Both the position numbers and the translations under genes were made by a program. Positions 28,180 through 41,384 of a stretch of 64,000 nucleotides of DNA are shown one piece after another. The notes below the pieces were generated by a model that worked only from the letters and a program-made list of their open reading frames with translations, made no database searches and had not been told where the DNA came from. Positions within the stretch are counted from its first letter, which is position 1. Every line of letters starts with the position of its first letter. Source of the DNA: Candidatus Dormiibacterota bacterium (GTDB lineage Bacteria; Eisenbacteria; RBG-16-71-46; SZUA-252); assembly GCA_035635575.1 (NCBI GenBank), contig DASQAV010000002.1, positions 1,539-65,538 on the forward strand, given 5' to 3'.

Positions 28180-29036
28180 TCCGCGCTCACCTTCTTCAGC
28201 TCGGCCACCAGCACCCCGGACAGGATCGCGGCGCTTCCCAGCACTTCCCATCCCGACATGTGAGCGCCGAAGAAGCCCATCGCGAAGAGTGACGCGAACA
28301 CCGGCTCCAGCGAATAGATCACTCCCGCGCGCACCGGCTTCGTCTTTCCCAGCGCCCAGGTCTGGAGCACGAGAATCAGCGCGGTCGCGATGACGCCGAG
28401 ATAGAGGAGCGTCCCCCACGCTTCGGTGGGCACCGAGAGCTTCCCGCGGGCCGCGACGAAGATCCATCCCATGGCGCCCGAGACCAGGGCCTGCATCGCC
28501 GAGACGGCAAAGGGATCGCTCCGCCGCGCGGCCACGTTCGTGTACACCACTTGGCACGCGAAGAAGACCGCGCCGGCCAGCGTCCAGAGGTCCCCCGCAT
28601 GCAGGCTGAGCCCCGCGTCCGCGTAGAAGATCAGGAGCCCCACGAACACCAGCGCCACCCCGAGAATCTCTCCGAGCCGCACGCGCGATCGCTGCACCAG
28701 GAACGCGATGAACGGCATGAACACGACCGCGGTTCCGGTGAGAAACGCCGAGCGCGGCACGCTGATCGTCGTGAGCCCGATCGCCTGCGTGAGATAGCCC
28801 CCGACGAGAAAGAGTCCCGTGCGGATTCCATCCCAGAGATCCTGACGTCCCATCCGCGCGAGCCGGCGCCGGTAGATCAGGCAGAGCACCAGCGCCGCGA
28901 TGGAGAAGCGCACCGCCACGATCGTGTACGCGTCGACCCGGTGGAGGATGACGCTGAGGAGCGGAAAGGTCGTTCCCCAGATCGCCGTGATGAGGAGGAG
29001 CGTGCCCTCGGCGACCCGGCTCGAATCCCTCCTCAA
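28176..29036 (-). CDS. EamA/DMT family transporter
   Basis: Ten hydrophobic TM segments in two EamA repeats. TTG start overlaps the rex stop. Confidence 0.75.
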   Translation of the reverse strand: MRRDSSRVAEGTLLLITAIWGTTFPLLSVILHRVDAYTIVAVRFSIAALVLCLIYRRRLARMGRQDLWDGIRTGLFLVGGYLTQAIGLTTISVPRSAFLTGTAVVFMPFIAFLVQRSRVRLGEILGVALVFVGLLIFYADAGLSLHAGDLWTLAGAVFFACQVVYTNVAARRSDPFAVSAMQALVSGAMGWIFVAARGKLSVPTEAWGTLLYLGVIATALILVLQTWALGKTKPVRAGVIYSLEPVFASLFAMGFFGAHMSGWEVLGSAAILSGVLVAELKKVSAD

Positions 29037-29686
29037 CGGCGCGGGCGCCGCGTGGGCCGTGCGGTCAAGGCCTTGATCGAGAAGGAGAGGCTCTCCAGCT
29101 CCACCGCCAGGTTCACGTTCCGGAGCGCCACTTGCGGCGGAATGAAGAGCTTCCGGTGGGCGAAGTTCAGGATTCCGCGCATTCCCGCCATCACCATGCG
29201 GTCGGCCACGGCCTGGGCCGCGCGCGCGGGCACGGCGATGACCCCGATCTCGAGCCCCAGCCGCTCCGTCTCCTCTTGCAGCGCGTCCACGTGGAGGATC
29301 TGGAGGTCACGCCACTTCTGGTGGATCCGCTCGGGGCTCACGTCGAACACCGCGGCGAAGTCGAATCCCTGGCGGCGAAATTCCTTGTAGGAGAAGAGGG
29401 CCGAGCCGATGTTCCCCGCGCCCACCAGGGCCACTCTCCAGCGGCGGTTCAGCCCCAGGATGAGGCGGATCTCTTTCTTGAGGCGCGCGACCAGATACCC
29501 CAGGCCGCGCTTGCCGAAATTGCCGAAGTAGGAGAGGTCCTTCCGAACCTGCGCGGAGGTGACTCCGCTCAGGTGGGCCAGGCCCTGCGAGGAGACGGTG
29601 CGAACGCCTTCCAGCTCCAGATCCTCGAGAACCCGGTAGTAATCGGAGAGACGCCGGACCGTCGAGGTGGAGATCCGAGGATCCAG
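29033..29686 (-). CDS. rex: redox-sensing transcriptional repressor Rex (proposed CTG start fused to gyrA stop)
   Basis: The winged-helix N-domain (ISTSTVRRLSDYYRVLEDL…SYFGNFGKRGLGY) and Rossmann GAGNIG domain lie in one open frame running back to the gyrA TAG. No ATG/GTG/TTG exists upstream of 29434. CTG at 29686-29684 lies 5 nt after GAGGAGGAG. The track lists only the C-terminal 133 aa. Confidence 0.65.
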   Translation of the reverse strand: MDPRISTSTVRRLSDYYRVLEDLELEGVRTVSSQGLAHLSGVTSAQVRKDLSYFGNFGKRGLGYLVARLKKEIRLILGLNRRWRVALVGAGNIGSALFSYKEFRRQGFDFAAVFDVSPERIHQKWRDLQILHVDALQEETERLGLEIGVIAVPARAAQAVADRMVMAGMRGILNFAHRKLFIPPQVALRNVNLAVELESLSFSIKALTARPTRRPRR

Positions 29687-32125
29687 CTACTCCTCCTCGC
29701 CCTCGTCCTTCTCCTCGACCTTGGCGACGTCGATCAGCTGGTCGCCCGCTTCCAGGTTGATGAGCCGGACGCCCTGGGTATTCCGGCCGATCTCGGAGAT
29801 TTCCGAGACCTTGGTGCGGATCACGATCCCGCCTCGGGTGATGAGCATCACCTGGTCGTTGGATACGACTTCGAGGGCCGCGACCACGCGCCCATTCCGC
29901 TCGGTGGCCTGGATCGAGATGATCCCCTTCCCGCCGCGTCCGGTGATCCGGTACTCGGAGATGGGAGAGCGCTTGCCGTATCCGTTCTCGGTGGCGACCA
30001 GGAGCGAGGCCTCGCGCTTCACCGCGATCATGCCGACCACCGCGTCGTCCTCTTCCAGGGTCACGCCGCGAACGCCGTAGGCCGTGCGCCCCATGGGACG
30101 GACGTCCCCTTCGTTGAAGCGGATCGCCTTGCCGTTCCGCTTCTGCAAGATGATGTCCTGGGTCCCGTCGGTGAGGACCGCGTCGATGAGCGAGTCGTCA
30201 CCGTCCACGCCGATCGCGACGATGCCGCCCCGGCGCGGATTGGAATAGGCGGAGAGCGGCGTCTTCTTCGCGGTGCCGTTCTTCGTGACCATCATGATGA
30301 AATGCGTGTCGTCGAATTCCTTCACGGGCAGCACGGACGCCACGCGCTCCTGCTGCGACATCTCGACCATGTTCACGATCGCCTTCCCCTTGGCGGTCCG
30401 GCCGCCCTGGGGCACCTCGTGCACCTTGAGCCAGTACACGCGACCGCGGTCCGTGAAGACGAGAATGTAGCTGTGGGTCGAGGCGATGAAGAGATGCTCG
30501 ATGAAATCCTCTTCGCGCGTGCCCGCGCCCGTGACGCCGCGGCCGCCGCGCCGCTGGCTCCGGTACGTGGTGACCGGGAGCCGCTTGATGTAGCCCGCGT
30601 GGGAGATGGTGATGACCATGTCCTCTTCGGCGATCAGGTCCTCCGCCTCGAACTCTCCCGAGCCCGCGACGATCTCCGTGCGGCGATCGTCGCCGAAGCG
30701 CTCCCGCACCTGGACCAGCTCCTCCTTGATGATCTGGAGCACCTTGGCCGGCGAGGCGAGGATCGCCTTGAGGCTCTCGATGAGCTGGATCACCTCGAGG
30801 TACTCGTCCTCCACCTTCTTCCGCTCGAGGCCGGTGAGCCGCGAGAGGCGCATCTCGAGGATCGCGCTCGCCTGGATCTCGCTCAGGCCGAAGCGGCTCA
30901 TGAGCCCGGTGCGCGCGGATTCGGTGTCTGCGGCCGCGCGGATGAGCTTCACGATCTCGTCGATGTGGTCCAGGGCGATCTTCAGCCCTTCGAGGATGTG
31001 GGCGCGCTTCTCCGCCTCGGCCAGGTCGAACTTGGTGCGCCGGACCACGACCTCCTGGCGGTGGCCGATGTAGTGCTGGATCATCTCCTTCAGCGTGAGC
31101 GTGAGCGGGCGGTTGCCGACGAGCGCCAGCATGTTCGCGCCGAAGGTGGTCTGCATCTGGGTATGCTTGAAGAGCTGGTTCAGGACGACCTTGGGCTGCG
31201 CGTCGCGCTTCAGCTCGATCACGATTCGCATCCCATCGCGGTCGGATTCGTCGCGGAGGTCGGAGATCCCGTCCAGCGGCCCGTCCTTCACGAGATCGGC
31301 GATCTTCTCGAGGAGCGCGGCCTTGCTCACCATGTAGGGAATCTCGGTTACGATGATCGCCTGGCGGTCCTTCCGGATCTCCTCGACCTCGGTCTTCGAG
31401 CGAACGGTGATGTGCCCGCGCCCGGTGCGGTAGCAGTCCGTGATTCCCTGGCGCCCGTAGATGATTCCCCCCGTGGGGAAATCGGGGCCGGTCACGAGGC
31501 TTAGAAGCTCGTCCGCCTCGCACTGGGGGTTGTCGATGACGTGATGGATGGCGTCCACGATCTCGCGCAGGTTGTGGGGCGGGACGTTGGTGGCCATGCC
31601 GACCGCGATCCCGGCCGAGCCGTTCACGAGGAGGTTCGGAACCGCCGCGGGGAGCACGACCGGCTCCTCGCGCGACTCGTCGTAGTTCGGGCGCATGTCG
31701 ACCGTGTCGCGCTCGATGTCGCGGAGCATCTCCTCCGCGAACTCGGTCAGCCGCGCCTCGGTGTAGCGCTCCGCCGCGGGGGCGTCGCCGTCCACCGAGC
31801 CGAAGTTCCCCTGACCGTCCACGAGCGGATACCGCATCGAGAAGGTCTGCGCCATGCGCACCATCGTCTCGTAGACCGCCACGGTGCCATGCGGATGATA
31901 GTTTCCCGTCACGTCGCCGGTGATCTTCGCCGATTTCCGGAAGGGGCGGTCGTGGAGGAGATTCAGCTCCCGCATCGCCACGAGAACGCGGCGGTGCACG
32001 GGCTTCAACCCGTCACGGACGTCCGGCAGGGCGCGCGAGACGATGACCGACATCGAATAGTCGATGTAGGAGTTCCGCATCTCATCTTCGATGTAGATCG
32101 GAACTTCTCTATCGCGCGTTGCCAT
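29687..32125 (-). CDS. gyrA: DNA gyrase subunit A
   Basis: Full-length GyrA (…AAMRYTEARL…), six C-terminal beta-pinwheel repeats, acidic tail EEKDEGEEE. Confidence 0.95.
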   Translation of the reverse strand: MATRDREVPIYIEDEMRNSYIDYSMSVIVSRALPDVRDGLKPVHRRVLVAMRELNLLHDRPFRKSAKITGDVTGNYHPHGTVAVYETMVRMAQTFSMRYPLVDGQGNFGSVDGDAPAAERYTEARLTEFAEEMLRDIERDTVDMRPNYDESREEPVVLPAAVPNLLVNGSAGIAVGMATNVPPHNLREIVDAIHHVIDNPQCEADELLSLVTGPDFPTGGIIYGRQGITDCYRTGRGHITVRSKTEVEEIRKDRQAIIVTEIPYMVSKAALLEKIADLVKDGPLDGISDLRDESDRDGMRIVIELKRDAQPKVVLNQLFKHTQMQTTFGANMLALVGNRPLTLTLKEMIQHYIGHRQEVVVRRTKFDLAEAEKRAHILEGLKIALDHIDEIVKLIRAAADTESARTGLMSRFGLSEIQASAILEMRLSRLTGLERKKVEDEYLEVIQLIESLKAILASPAKVLQIIKEELVQVRERFGDDRRTEIVAGSGEFEAEDLIAEEDMVITISHAGYIKRLPVTTYRSQRRGGRGVTGAGTREEDFIEHLFIASTHSYILVFTDRGRVYWLKVHEVPQGGRTAKGKAIVNMVEMSQQERVASVLPVKEFDDTHFIMMVTKNGTAKKTPLSAYSNPRRGGIVAIGVDGDDSLIDAVLTDGTQDIILQKRNGKAIRFNEGDVRPMGRTAYGVRGVTLEEDDAVVGMIAVKREASLLVATENGYGKRSPISEYRITGRGGKGIISIQATERNGRVVAALEVVSNDQVMLITRGGIVIRTKVSEISEIGRNTQGVRLINLEAGDQLIDVAKVEEKDEGEEE

Positions 32126-32175
32126 CGATCAAAGGCTCCTTGGTTGAGATCGCCGCCGCACGAGCGGCGTGAATG

Positions 32176-35599
<3,424 letters not shown>

Positions 35600-35609
35600 G
35601 CGTTCCGGG

Positions 35610-36767
35610 TCAGCTCGCCAGGCGAAGGGGCATCACGAGACAGAGAAGATCCTCTTTCGAGGCGCTCCCCTTGTCCGTTTGCGCGGTGGGCGCGATGAGT
35701 CCGGCCGTCACCGGCGTGTTGAGACGAATGTCGACTTCTTCGCTGTCGATCGTACGAAGAATGTCGAGCAGGTAGGCCGCGTTGTACCCGATGTCGAGGT
35801 CGTCCGAGCCGTACTGCGCGTCGAGCTCCTCGGTCGCGTCTCCCTGGTCGGGCGTCTGAACCATCAGGGTGAGGCGATTGGGGCGCAGCGAGAGTTTCAC
35901 CTGGCGCGTGAGGCTGTCGGAGAACACTGAAACGCGCTCCAGCGCCTGGGCCAGATCTTCCCGTTTCACCCTTAGATGCTTGTTGTTCTGCTTGGGAAGC
36001 ACCTGTTCGTAGTTCGGAAACGGCCCTTCGATCAACTTCGTCGTGAGCGTGGTGTCGCCGATCGTGAAGCGGGCGTGATTCTTTGAAATTCCAATGCTCA
36101 CGGGCCCCGCGGCCAGGGCCAGCAGCCGCTGCAGCTGATTCAAGGCCTTGAGGGGCACGATGACGTCCCCCTTGGGTGGCGTGGGAATCCCTCCCGTGGG
36201 CGTACACGATGCCTTGGAGAGCCGGTGCCCATCCGTCGCCACCACGCGCAGCTCCCCGTCACGCACCTGGAACAACGCGCCGTTCAGGGCCGGCCGCGTC
36301 TCATCCGTCGAGACCGAATAGATCGTGCGGCGGATCAGACGCTCGAGCAGATCCGGCTCGAGCGAGATCTCGGAATCCGCTTCCACCTTGGGAAGCGCCG
36401 GAAATTCCTCCGGACGGATGCAGAGAAACTTGTAGCGGCCGCTTTTGCTCCCCACGTTCAGCGTGAGGTCCTTCGCTTCGATCTTGAGCTCCTCTTTTGG
36501 AAGCTTTCGCACGAGCTCGAAGAGCTTCTTTGCGGGGACGGTCAGCGTTCCTGAATCTTTGACGTTCGCGCGTGCCTTCGTCGCGATCGCGAGGTCCAGA
36601 TCGGTCGCCCGCATCTCCACCTTGTCCTCGGAAGCCTCTAGGAAAATGTTCGAGAGGACGGGTAGTGTCGTTCGGCTTGGAACCGCGCTCGAAACCACCT
36701 GCAAAGCGTCGAGAAATTCGCTCTGCGCAATCGAGAACTTCATGGCCACTTCCTGTGCTGTGATCAT
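35610..36767 (-). CDS. dnaN: DNA polymerase III beta sliding clamp
   Basis: Three-domain clamp (MKFSIAQSEFLDALQ…). The second ATG at 36743 with a GGAAG Shine-Dalgarno is the more likely start. Confidence 0.9.
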   Translation of the reverse strand: MITAQEVAMKFSIAQSEFLDALQVVSSAVPSRTTLPVLSNIFLEASEDKVEMRATDLDLAIATKARANVKDSGTLTVPAKKLFELVRKLPKEELKIEAKDLTLNVGSKSGRYKFLCIRPEEFPALPKVEADSEISLEPDLLERLIRRTIYSVSTDETRPALNGALFQVRDGELRVVATDGHRLSKASCTPTGGIPTPPKGDVIVPLKALNQLQRLLALAAGPVSIGISKNHARFTIGDTTLTTKLIEGPFPNYEQVLPKQNNKHLRVKREDLAQALERVSVFSDSLTRQVKLSLRPNRLTLMVQTPDQGDATEELDAQYGSDDLDIGYNAAYLLDILRTIDSEEVDIRLNTPVTAGLIAPTAQTDKGSASKEDLLCLVMPLRLAS

Positions 36768-37194
36768 CTCCGTTGATCCCCCGCTAATCTTTTGTCGGAT
36801 TAGGGTTTGCAGGTGGCGTCGGGAAGGGTCTTTGCTCCTCGAAAAGTATAGTTTCGGAGGGTCTTTTTCACAATAGAAAACCCCTTATTTTTGATGCTGT
36901 TTTGGGCTTCCTGTTCCGGGAGCTACGAAGATCAGGTTCCATGAATAGAAGCAGTAGTACTAGGGGCTGTGGATTGTGTGGATTGAGCACAGTGCAAACC
37001 TCCGAAGTAATTGTGCCACAGTAGATTAGAAAATCGTGTCGACGAGCCGAGCGCGGTGAAGCGTTGTGGACAAGCCCAAAGTTATGCCCGGTAATCCACA
37101 AAACGGACGAGCCCCCCGCGTTATCCACACGGAACTCACCGTCTTTGAGTCGGTGAATCCCGGGGATCCGCGGGGGTCGCCCGTTTGATCTTCG
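36768..37194. other. oriC: candidate chromosomal origin (oriC): DnaA-box cluster plus AT-rich unwinding element between dnaN and dnaA
   Basis: Perfect TTATCCACA at 37121-37129. Single-mismatch boxes at 37092-37100 (TAATCCACA) and 37065-37073 (TGTGGACAA). Overlapping tandem TGTGGATTG at 36969-36985. AT-rich stretch at ~36870-36960. Confidence 0.55.
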
Positions 37195-38532
37195 TTACGT
37201 GCTGATGTTGGAGATGAGCTCTTCAACGACGAGTCGGAGCTCCTGGTCGGTGGACATGAGCGCTTCGATCTTGCTGCAGGCGTGGAGCACGGTGGAGTGA
37301 TCGCGACCGCCGAATTTATTGCCGATGTCCGCGAGCGAAAGGTCGGTCGTGGCGCGCGCGATGTACATGCCGATCTGACGGGGGAAGGCGATCACGTCGG
37401 TGCGGCGCTTTCCGCGGAGCGATTCCTCGGACACGTTGAAGTGCCTCGACACCAGGCGCTGGATGTCGGAGACGTCGACGCGCGCCATGTCCGGCTTGAT
37501 CTGGTCGCGCAGCACCTCCTGGGCGAATTCCACGGTCATCTTCTGATTCATGAGATCCGCAAAGGCGAGGAGCCTCGAGAGGGAGCCCTCGAGATCGCGG
37601 ATGTTCGTCTTGATGCTGCTCGCGAGGAGAAGGCAGACCTCGTTCGGGATGGTCCGGTTCTGGAGCTCCGCCTTCTTCTTCACGATCGCGACCCGCGTCT
37701 CCAGATCCGGCGCCTTGAGATCCACGGACATCCCCCAGCCGAATCGGGAGACGAGGCGCTCCTCGATTCCGGTCATCTGGTTCGGAGGAGCGTCGCTCGT
37801 GAGCACGATCTGCTTCCGGGAGTCGTGGAGCGAATTGAAGGTGTGGAAGAACTCCTCCTGCGTGCTCTCCTTGCCCGCGAGAAACTGCACGTCGTCGAGG
37901 AGGAGCACATCGACCGTGCGGTAGCGGCTCTTGAACTCGAGCGTCGTGGCGTGCTGGATGGCGTAGATCATCTCATTCATGAATTTCTCGGCGCTCACGA
38001 GGAAGATTCGAGCGCTGGGCCGGCTGGCGCGGACATGGTGCCCGATGGCGTGCATGAGGTGGGTCTTGCCCAGCCCCACGCCGCCGTAGATGAAGAGCGG
38101 GTTGTAGCACTCCCCGGGATCTTTCGCCACCGCCTGAGCCGTCGCGTGAGCCATTTGATTCCCGCTCCCCACGATGAAGGTCTCGAAGGTGTTGTTGGGG
38201 CTGAGGAGGCATTCGTTCCGGGAGGGAAGGGGTCCGCGGGGTCGCTCCTCGAACACCGGGGGCTCCGGCGTCCGCACCTGGAAGGCGAGAATCACCGGGT
38301 GGCCCGCCACGGCGGCGAGGGAGGACTCGATGAGGCCCCGGTAATGGTGGTCGAGCCAATCCACGTAGAATTGGCTCGGAACCTCGAGCACCATCGCGGA
38401 CCCGTCGAAGTCGAGCGGTCCGAGGGAGCGAAACCACGTTTCGAAGGTCTGACTCGAGATGTGAGTCTGGATCTTTTCGAGAGCGCCCTGCCACACGTCA
38501 CCCGCCACCATGGACTCCGTCATCGTCGTCAT
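37195..38532 (-). CDS. dnaA: chromosomal replication initiator DnaA
   Basis: AAA+ Walker A GGVGLGKTHLMHA, sensor motifs and a C-terminal helix-turn-helix. Start placed at the ATG at 38532 with a GGGGA Shine-Dalgarno; the track's GTG at 38562 adds 10 aa. Confidence 0.9.
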   Translation of the reverse strand: MTTMTESMVAGDVWQGALEKIQTHISSQTFETWFRSLGPLDFDGSAMVLEVPSQFYVDWLDHHYRGLIESSLAAVAGHPVILAFQVRTPEPPVFEERPRGPLPSRNECLLSPNNTFETFIVGSGNQMAHATAQAVAKDPGECYNPLFIYGGVGLGKTHLMHAIGHHVRASRPSARIFLVSAEKFMNEMIYAIQHATTLEFKSRYRTVDVLLLDDVQFLAGKESTQEEFFHTFNSLHDSRKQIVLTSDAPPNQMTGIEERLVSRFGWGMSVDLKAPDLETRVAIVKKKAELQNRTIPNEVCLLLASSIKTNIRDLEGSLSRLLAFADLMNQKMTVEFAQEVLRDQIKPDMARVDVSDIQRLVSRHFNVSEESLRGKRRTDVIAFPRQIGMYIARATTDLSLADIGNKFGGRDHSTVLHACSKIEALMSTDQELRLVVEELISNIST

Positions 38533-38566
38533 GTTGTCCCCATCCCCGCACAGGGTGTCCACCGCT

Positions 38567-38586
38567 TATCCACATACTTATCCACA
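38567..38586. promoter_or_regulatory. two tandem perfect DnaA boxes in the dnaA leader
   Basis: TTATCCACA at 38567-38575 and 38578-38586, ~35-55 nt upstream of the dnaA start codon. Confidence 0.6.
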
Positions 38587-38594
38587 AAGAAATC

Positions 38595-38631
38595 GGGGCG
38601 TAACGGGCGTGCTTCCGATCCGTTACGCCCC
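38595..38631. other. perfect 12-bp GC-rich inverted repeat/hairpin in the dnaA-rpmH intergenic region
   Basis: GGGGCGTAACGG-N13-CCGTTACGCCCC. On the minus strand it is followed by GATTTCTTTG. Confidence 0.4.
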
Positions 38632-38855
38632 GAGAAAGGGCTATCGGCCTTGAGTATCCTCACAACGCGTCTTGTCCGAGTTTTGAGGGGCGCGTCGTCC
38701 GCGCGGGGGAGACCCGACTGCGAAGACCTGGAGCATGAGCGGTGACGTTCACGTTCCCAGTCTTCGCGACGGGCGCAATGTAGCATCCGTGGTTCGGACG
38801 CGCGCAACGAAAATCTTTCGGCGGTGGAACCGCCGTGGTACCGCGGGCTTTCGGA

Positions 38856-38885
38856 TTGACCCGGACCCCCTGAGTTCGCTAGAAT
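38856..38885 (+). promoter_or_regulatory. putative sigma70-type promoter of the rpmH operon
   Basis: TTGACC-N18-TAGAAT, ~50 nt upstream of the rpmH GTG. Confidence 0.35.
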
Positions 38886-38934
38886 CCGGCGCTCGTCTCC
38901 AACGTTCCTTTTCTCTTTCTAGAGGTCCTTTCAC

Positions 38935-39069
38935 GTGAAGCGCACGTTTCAGCCGCACAATCGCCGCCGGAAAAAGGTGCACGGCTTCCGCGAACGCATG
39001 AGCACGCGAGGCGGACGGGCCGTCCTCAAGCGCCGCCGTGAACGAGGCCGCAAACGTCTCACGGTATAG
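38935..39069 (+). CDS. rpmH: 50S ribosomal protein L34
   Basis: [47 protein letters not shown] start with an AGAGG Shine-Dalgarno. Too short for the ORF track. Confidence 0.85.
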   Translation: MKRTFQPHNRRRKKVHGFRERMSTRGGRAVLKRRRERGRKRLTV

Positions 39070-39094
39070 CGCCGGTACGGGTTACCGGGCCACG

Positions 39095-39442
39095 ATGTCC
39101 GACGCGCTCCGGCCGCGCGATCGCCGCCTGCACCAGGGCTGGCAATTCCGCGAAGTGTACCAATCAGGGAAATCCTTCCACGGCAGCTTGATGACGCTCG
39201 TCTGCCTCGCGCGGGATCGGGACCATGGCCGCGTGGCGTTCGTCGCCAGCCGCAAGGTCGGGCCAGCGGTCCGTCGGAATCGCGCCAAGCGCCTACTCCG
39301 GGAGTCCTTCCGGGGCCAGAGTCCGGCCATCCGCGACCGAGGCTCCTGGCGCATCTGGATCGCGCGCAGCGCCTGCGCCGTGGCGTCCTTGCAGGAGGTG
39401 ACGGTCGAGATGAAGTCGCTTCTGGGAAGGGAGCCCGAGTGA
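39095..39442 (+). CDS. rnpA: ribonuclease P protein component
   Basis: Basic ~115-aa protein (…RLRKRREFREVYQ-like FREVYQSGKSFHG…VGPAVRRNRAKRLLRE). Start chosen at the ATG after the rpmH stop. Confidence 0.8.
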   Translation: MSDALRPRDRRLHQGWQFREVYQSGKSFHGSLMTLVCLARDRDHGRVAFVASRKVGPAVRRNRAKRLLRESFRGQSPAIRDRGSWRIWIARSACAVASLQEVTVEMKSLLGREPE

Positions 39443-39681
39443 GCCAGGGGATCCGGGTATTGGCGCCGGGACCTCGGTGGGTGCTCCTCTCCCTGGTCCG
39501 GGTGTACCGCGCGGCCATTTCGCCTTCCTTGCCCCGTGCTTGCCGCTTCGAGCCTAGCTGCGCCGCCTACGCCGAGGAGGCGATCGCCAGGAAGCCGCTG
39601 GCCCGCGCGCTCTGGCTCATCCTGAGCCGGATCTCGAAGTGCCATCCATTCCATCCCGGAGGCTACGACCCGGTCCCCTGA
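39439..39681 (+). CDS. yidD: membrane protein insertion efficiency factor YidD
   Basis: LVRVYRAAISP…CRFEPSCAAYAEEAI…HPGGYDPVP. GTG overlaps the rnpA stop. Confidence 0.85.
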   Translation: MSQGIRVLAPGPRWVLLSLVRVYRAAISPSLPRACRFEPSCAAYAEEAIARKPLARALWLILSRISKCHPFHPGGYDPVP

Positions 39682-39699
39682 CCGGACCGGAACGCATTC

Positions 39700-41355
39700 A
39701 TGGATCGCAAAGTCCTCCTCGCGATGGTGCTGATCATGGGCGTGCTGCTCCTGGACCAGGTGATCTCGCCTCGGTTCTACCGGCCCAAGCCCAAGCCCGT
39801 CCCCTCGCAGCAGGGAAGCGGCTCGGCTTCGACGCCCGGGACCACGGCGCCGGCGCCCAGCGGCGGCACGACGACCGCCATTCCCTCGGTCACGACGGCA
39901 GGCCCCCTTTCCGCGGCGGCTCTGATCCAGCCCGAGGTACCGGCGGCGCCGGGCGAGGTCCGCCAGCTCAAGACGGAGCATTTCCAGGCGACGATCACGA
40001 GCGAAGGCGCCTCGATCACCGACTGGGTCCTTCCAGGCTACAAGGACGAAGTCCGAAACGTACCCATCGATCTCGTCCCGCCGGGGAACCGCGCCTACAA
40101 GGTCATCGTGGAGGCGGGAGGGAAGGCGCTCGATTTCTCCCAGGCTCCGTTCCGGATCACGGAGGATCGCGCGGAGCAAGGCGTCCTGACCTTCGAGGCC
40201 CGCGACCAGAGCGGCATCCGCGTCGTGAAGACGTATCGGATCGGAAACGACCGGCGCCTCCTCGACACCGAGGTCCGCGTCTCGGCGCCCGCGGAGCTGG
40301 GCCCCGTGCGCTATCGGATCGGGTGGGGAACCCCTCTGCCCATCACCGAGCCCTCCACGCAACCCAACCAGCTCCAGGCCGTGGCGCTGCTCGGAACGAA
40401 GCTGGAGCACGTCATGGGAGCGAAGGAGGCGTCACCGGAGCGCGTCTTCTCGGGAAACGTCCGCTGGGTGGCGAGCCGCAGCAAGTACTTCATCGCCGCC
40501 GTGATTCCCGATTCGGGAACGGTGTCCGAGGTGGCGTTGCGGAGCGACGGCGCGTGGCACACGACCTCGTGGCTCATCGGAACCGCCTCACCCGGCATCG
40601 AGGTGGCGCGGCACGCGCGCGTGTACGCCGGACCCATCCACTACGAGACGCTGGCCGCGATCGGTGCGGGGCTGGACGAGGTCGCGAATCTGGGGTGGAG
40701 GTGGCTGCGCGGAATCAGCGTCCTTCTCCTCCAGGGCCTGAACGCGCTCTACAAGCTCATTCCGAACTACGGCGTGGCGATCATCGTCCTCTCGGCGGCC
40801 ACGAAGCTCCTCTTCTATCCGCTCACGCAGGCGAGCCTCCGCTCGATGAAAATCATGCATCACCTGCAGCCCCAGATCAAAGAGATGCAGGAGAAGTACA
40901 AGAACGACCCGATGAAGCTGAACCAGGCGATGATGGCGCTCTACAAGGAGAACAAGGTAAATCCCATGTCGGGGTGCCTTCCGATGCTCCTGCAAGTACC
41001 CGTGTTCATCGGGCTCTACAACGTGCTCCTCTATTCGATCGAGCTTCGCGCGTCGGGCTTCGTGGGCTACATCCGGGACCTGTCCGCGCCGGACGTGCTC
41101 ATGACGGTCGCGGGTTTTCCGCTGCACCTCATGCCCGTCCTCATGACCGCCAGCACCTACGCGCTCCAGTCCCAGACGCCGGTCGCTCCGGCCCAGAAGG
41201 GCATGATGTACGTCATGCCCCTCTTCATGCTTTTCTTCATGTATAGTTTTCCATCCGGTGTGGTCCTGTATTGGACCGTGAACAACCTGCTCTCCGCGCT
41301 CCAGCAGTACCTGGTCAACCTAGCCGAAGACCGAAGGCTCGCCGCACAGGGCTGA
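39700..41355 (+). CDS. yidC: membrane protein insertase YidC
   Basis: N-terminal TM, periplasmic domain, conserved 5-TM core (…LIPNYGVAIIVLSAATKLLFYPLT…). Confidence 0.9.
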   Translation: MDRKVLLAMVLIMGVLLLDQVISPRFYRPKPKPVPSQQGSGSASTPGTTAPAPSGGTTTAIPSVTTAGPLSAAALIQPEVPAAPGEVRQLKTEHFQATITSEGASITDWVLPGYKDEVRNVPIDLVPPGNRAYKVIVEAGGKALDFSQAPFRITEDRAEQGVLTFEARDQSGIRVVKTYRIGNDRRLLDTEVRVSAPAELGPVRYRIGWGTPLPITEPSTQPNQLQAVALLGTKLEHVMGAKEASPERVFSGNVRWVASRSKYFIAAVIPDSGTVSEVALRSDGAWHTTSWLIGTASPGIEVARHARVYAGPIHYETLAAIGAGLDEVANLGWRWLRGISVLLLQGLNALYKLIPNYGVAIIVLSAATKLLFYPLTQASLRSMKIMHHLQPQIKEMQEKYKNDPMKLNQAMMALYKENKVNPMSGCLPMLLQVPVFIGLYNVLLYSIELRASGFVGYIRDLSAPDVLMTVAGFPLHLMPVLMTASTYALQSQTPVAPAQKGMMYVMPLFMLFFMYSFPSGVVLYWTVNNLLSALQQYLVNLAEDRRLAAQG

Positions 41356-41384
41356 GCCCGAGGTCGAGAGATCGTGCATCGAAC

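Noticed and set aside
38735-38938. 67-aa plus-strand ORF in the dnaA-rpmH intergenic region
   Set aside because: Spans the rpmH promoter and Shine-Dalgarno, has no Shine-Dalgarno of its own, and the translation is low complexity.
39082-40410. 442-aa minus-strand ORF
   Set aside because: Antisense to rnpA/yidD/yidC.
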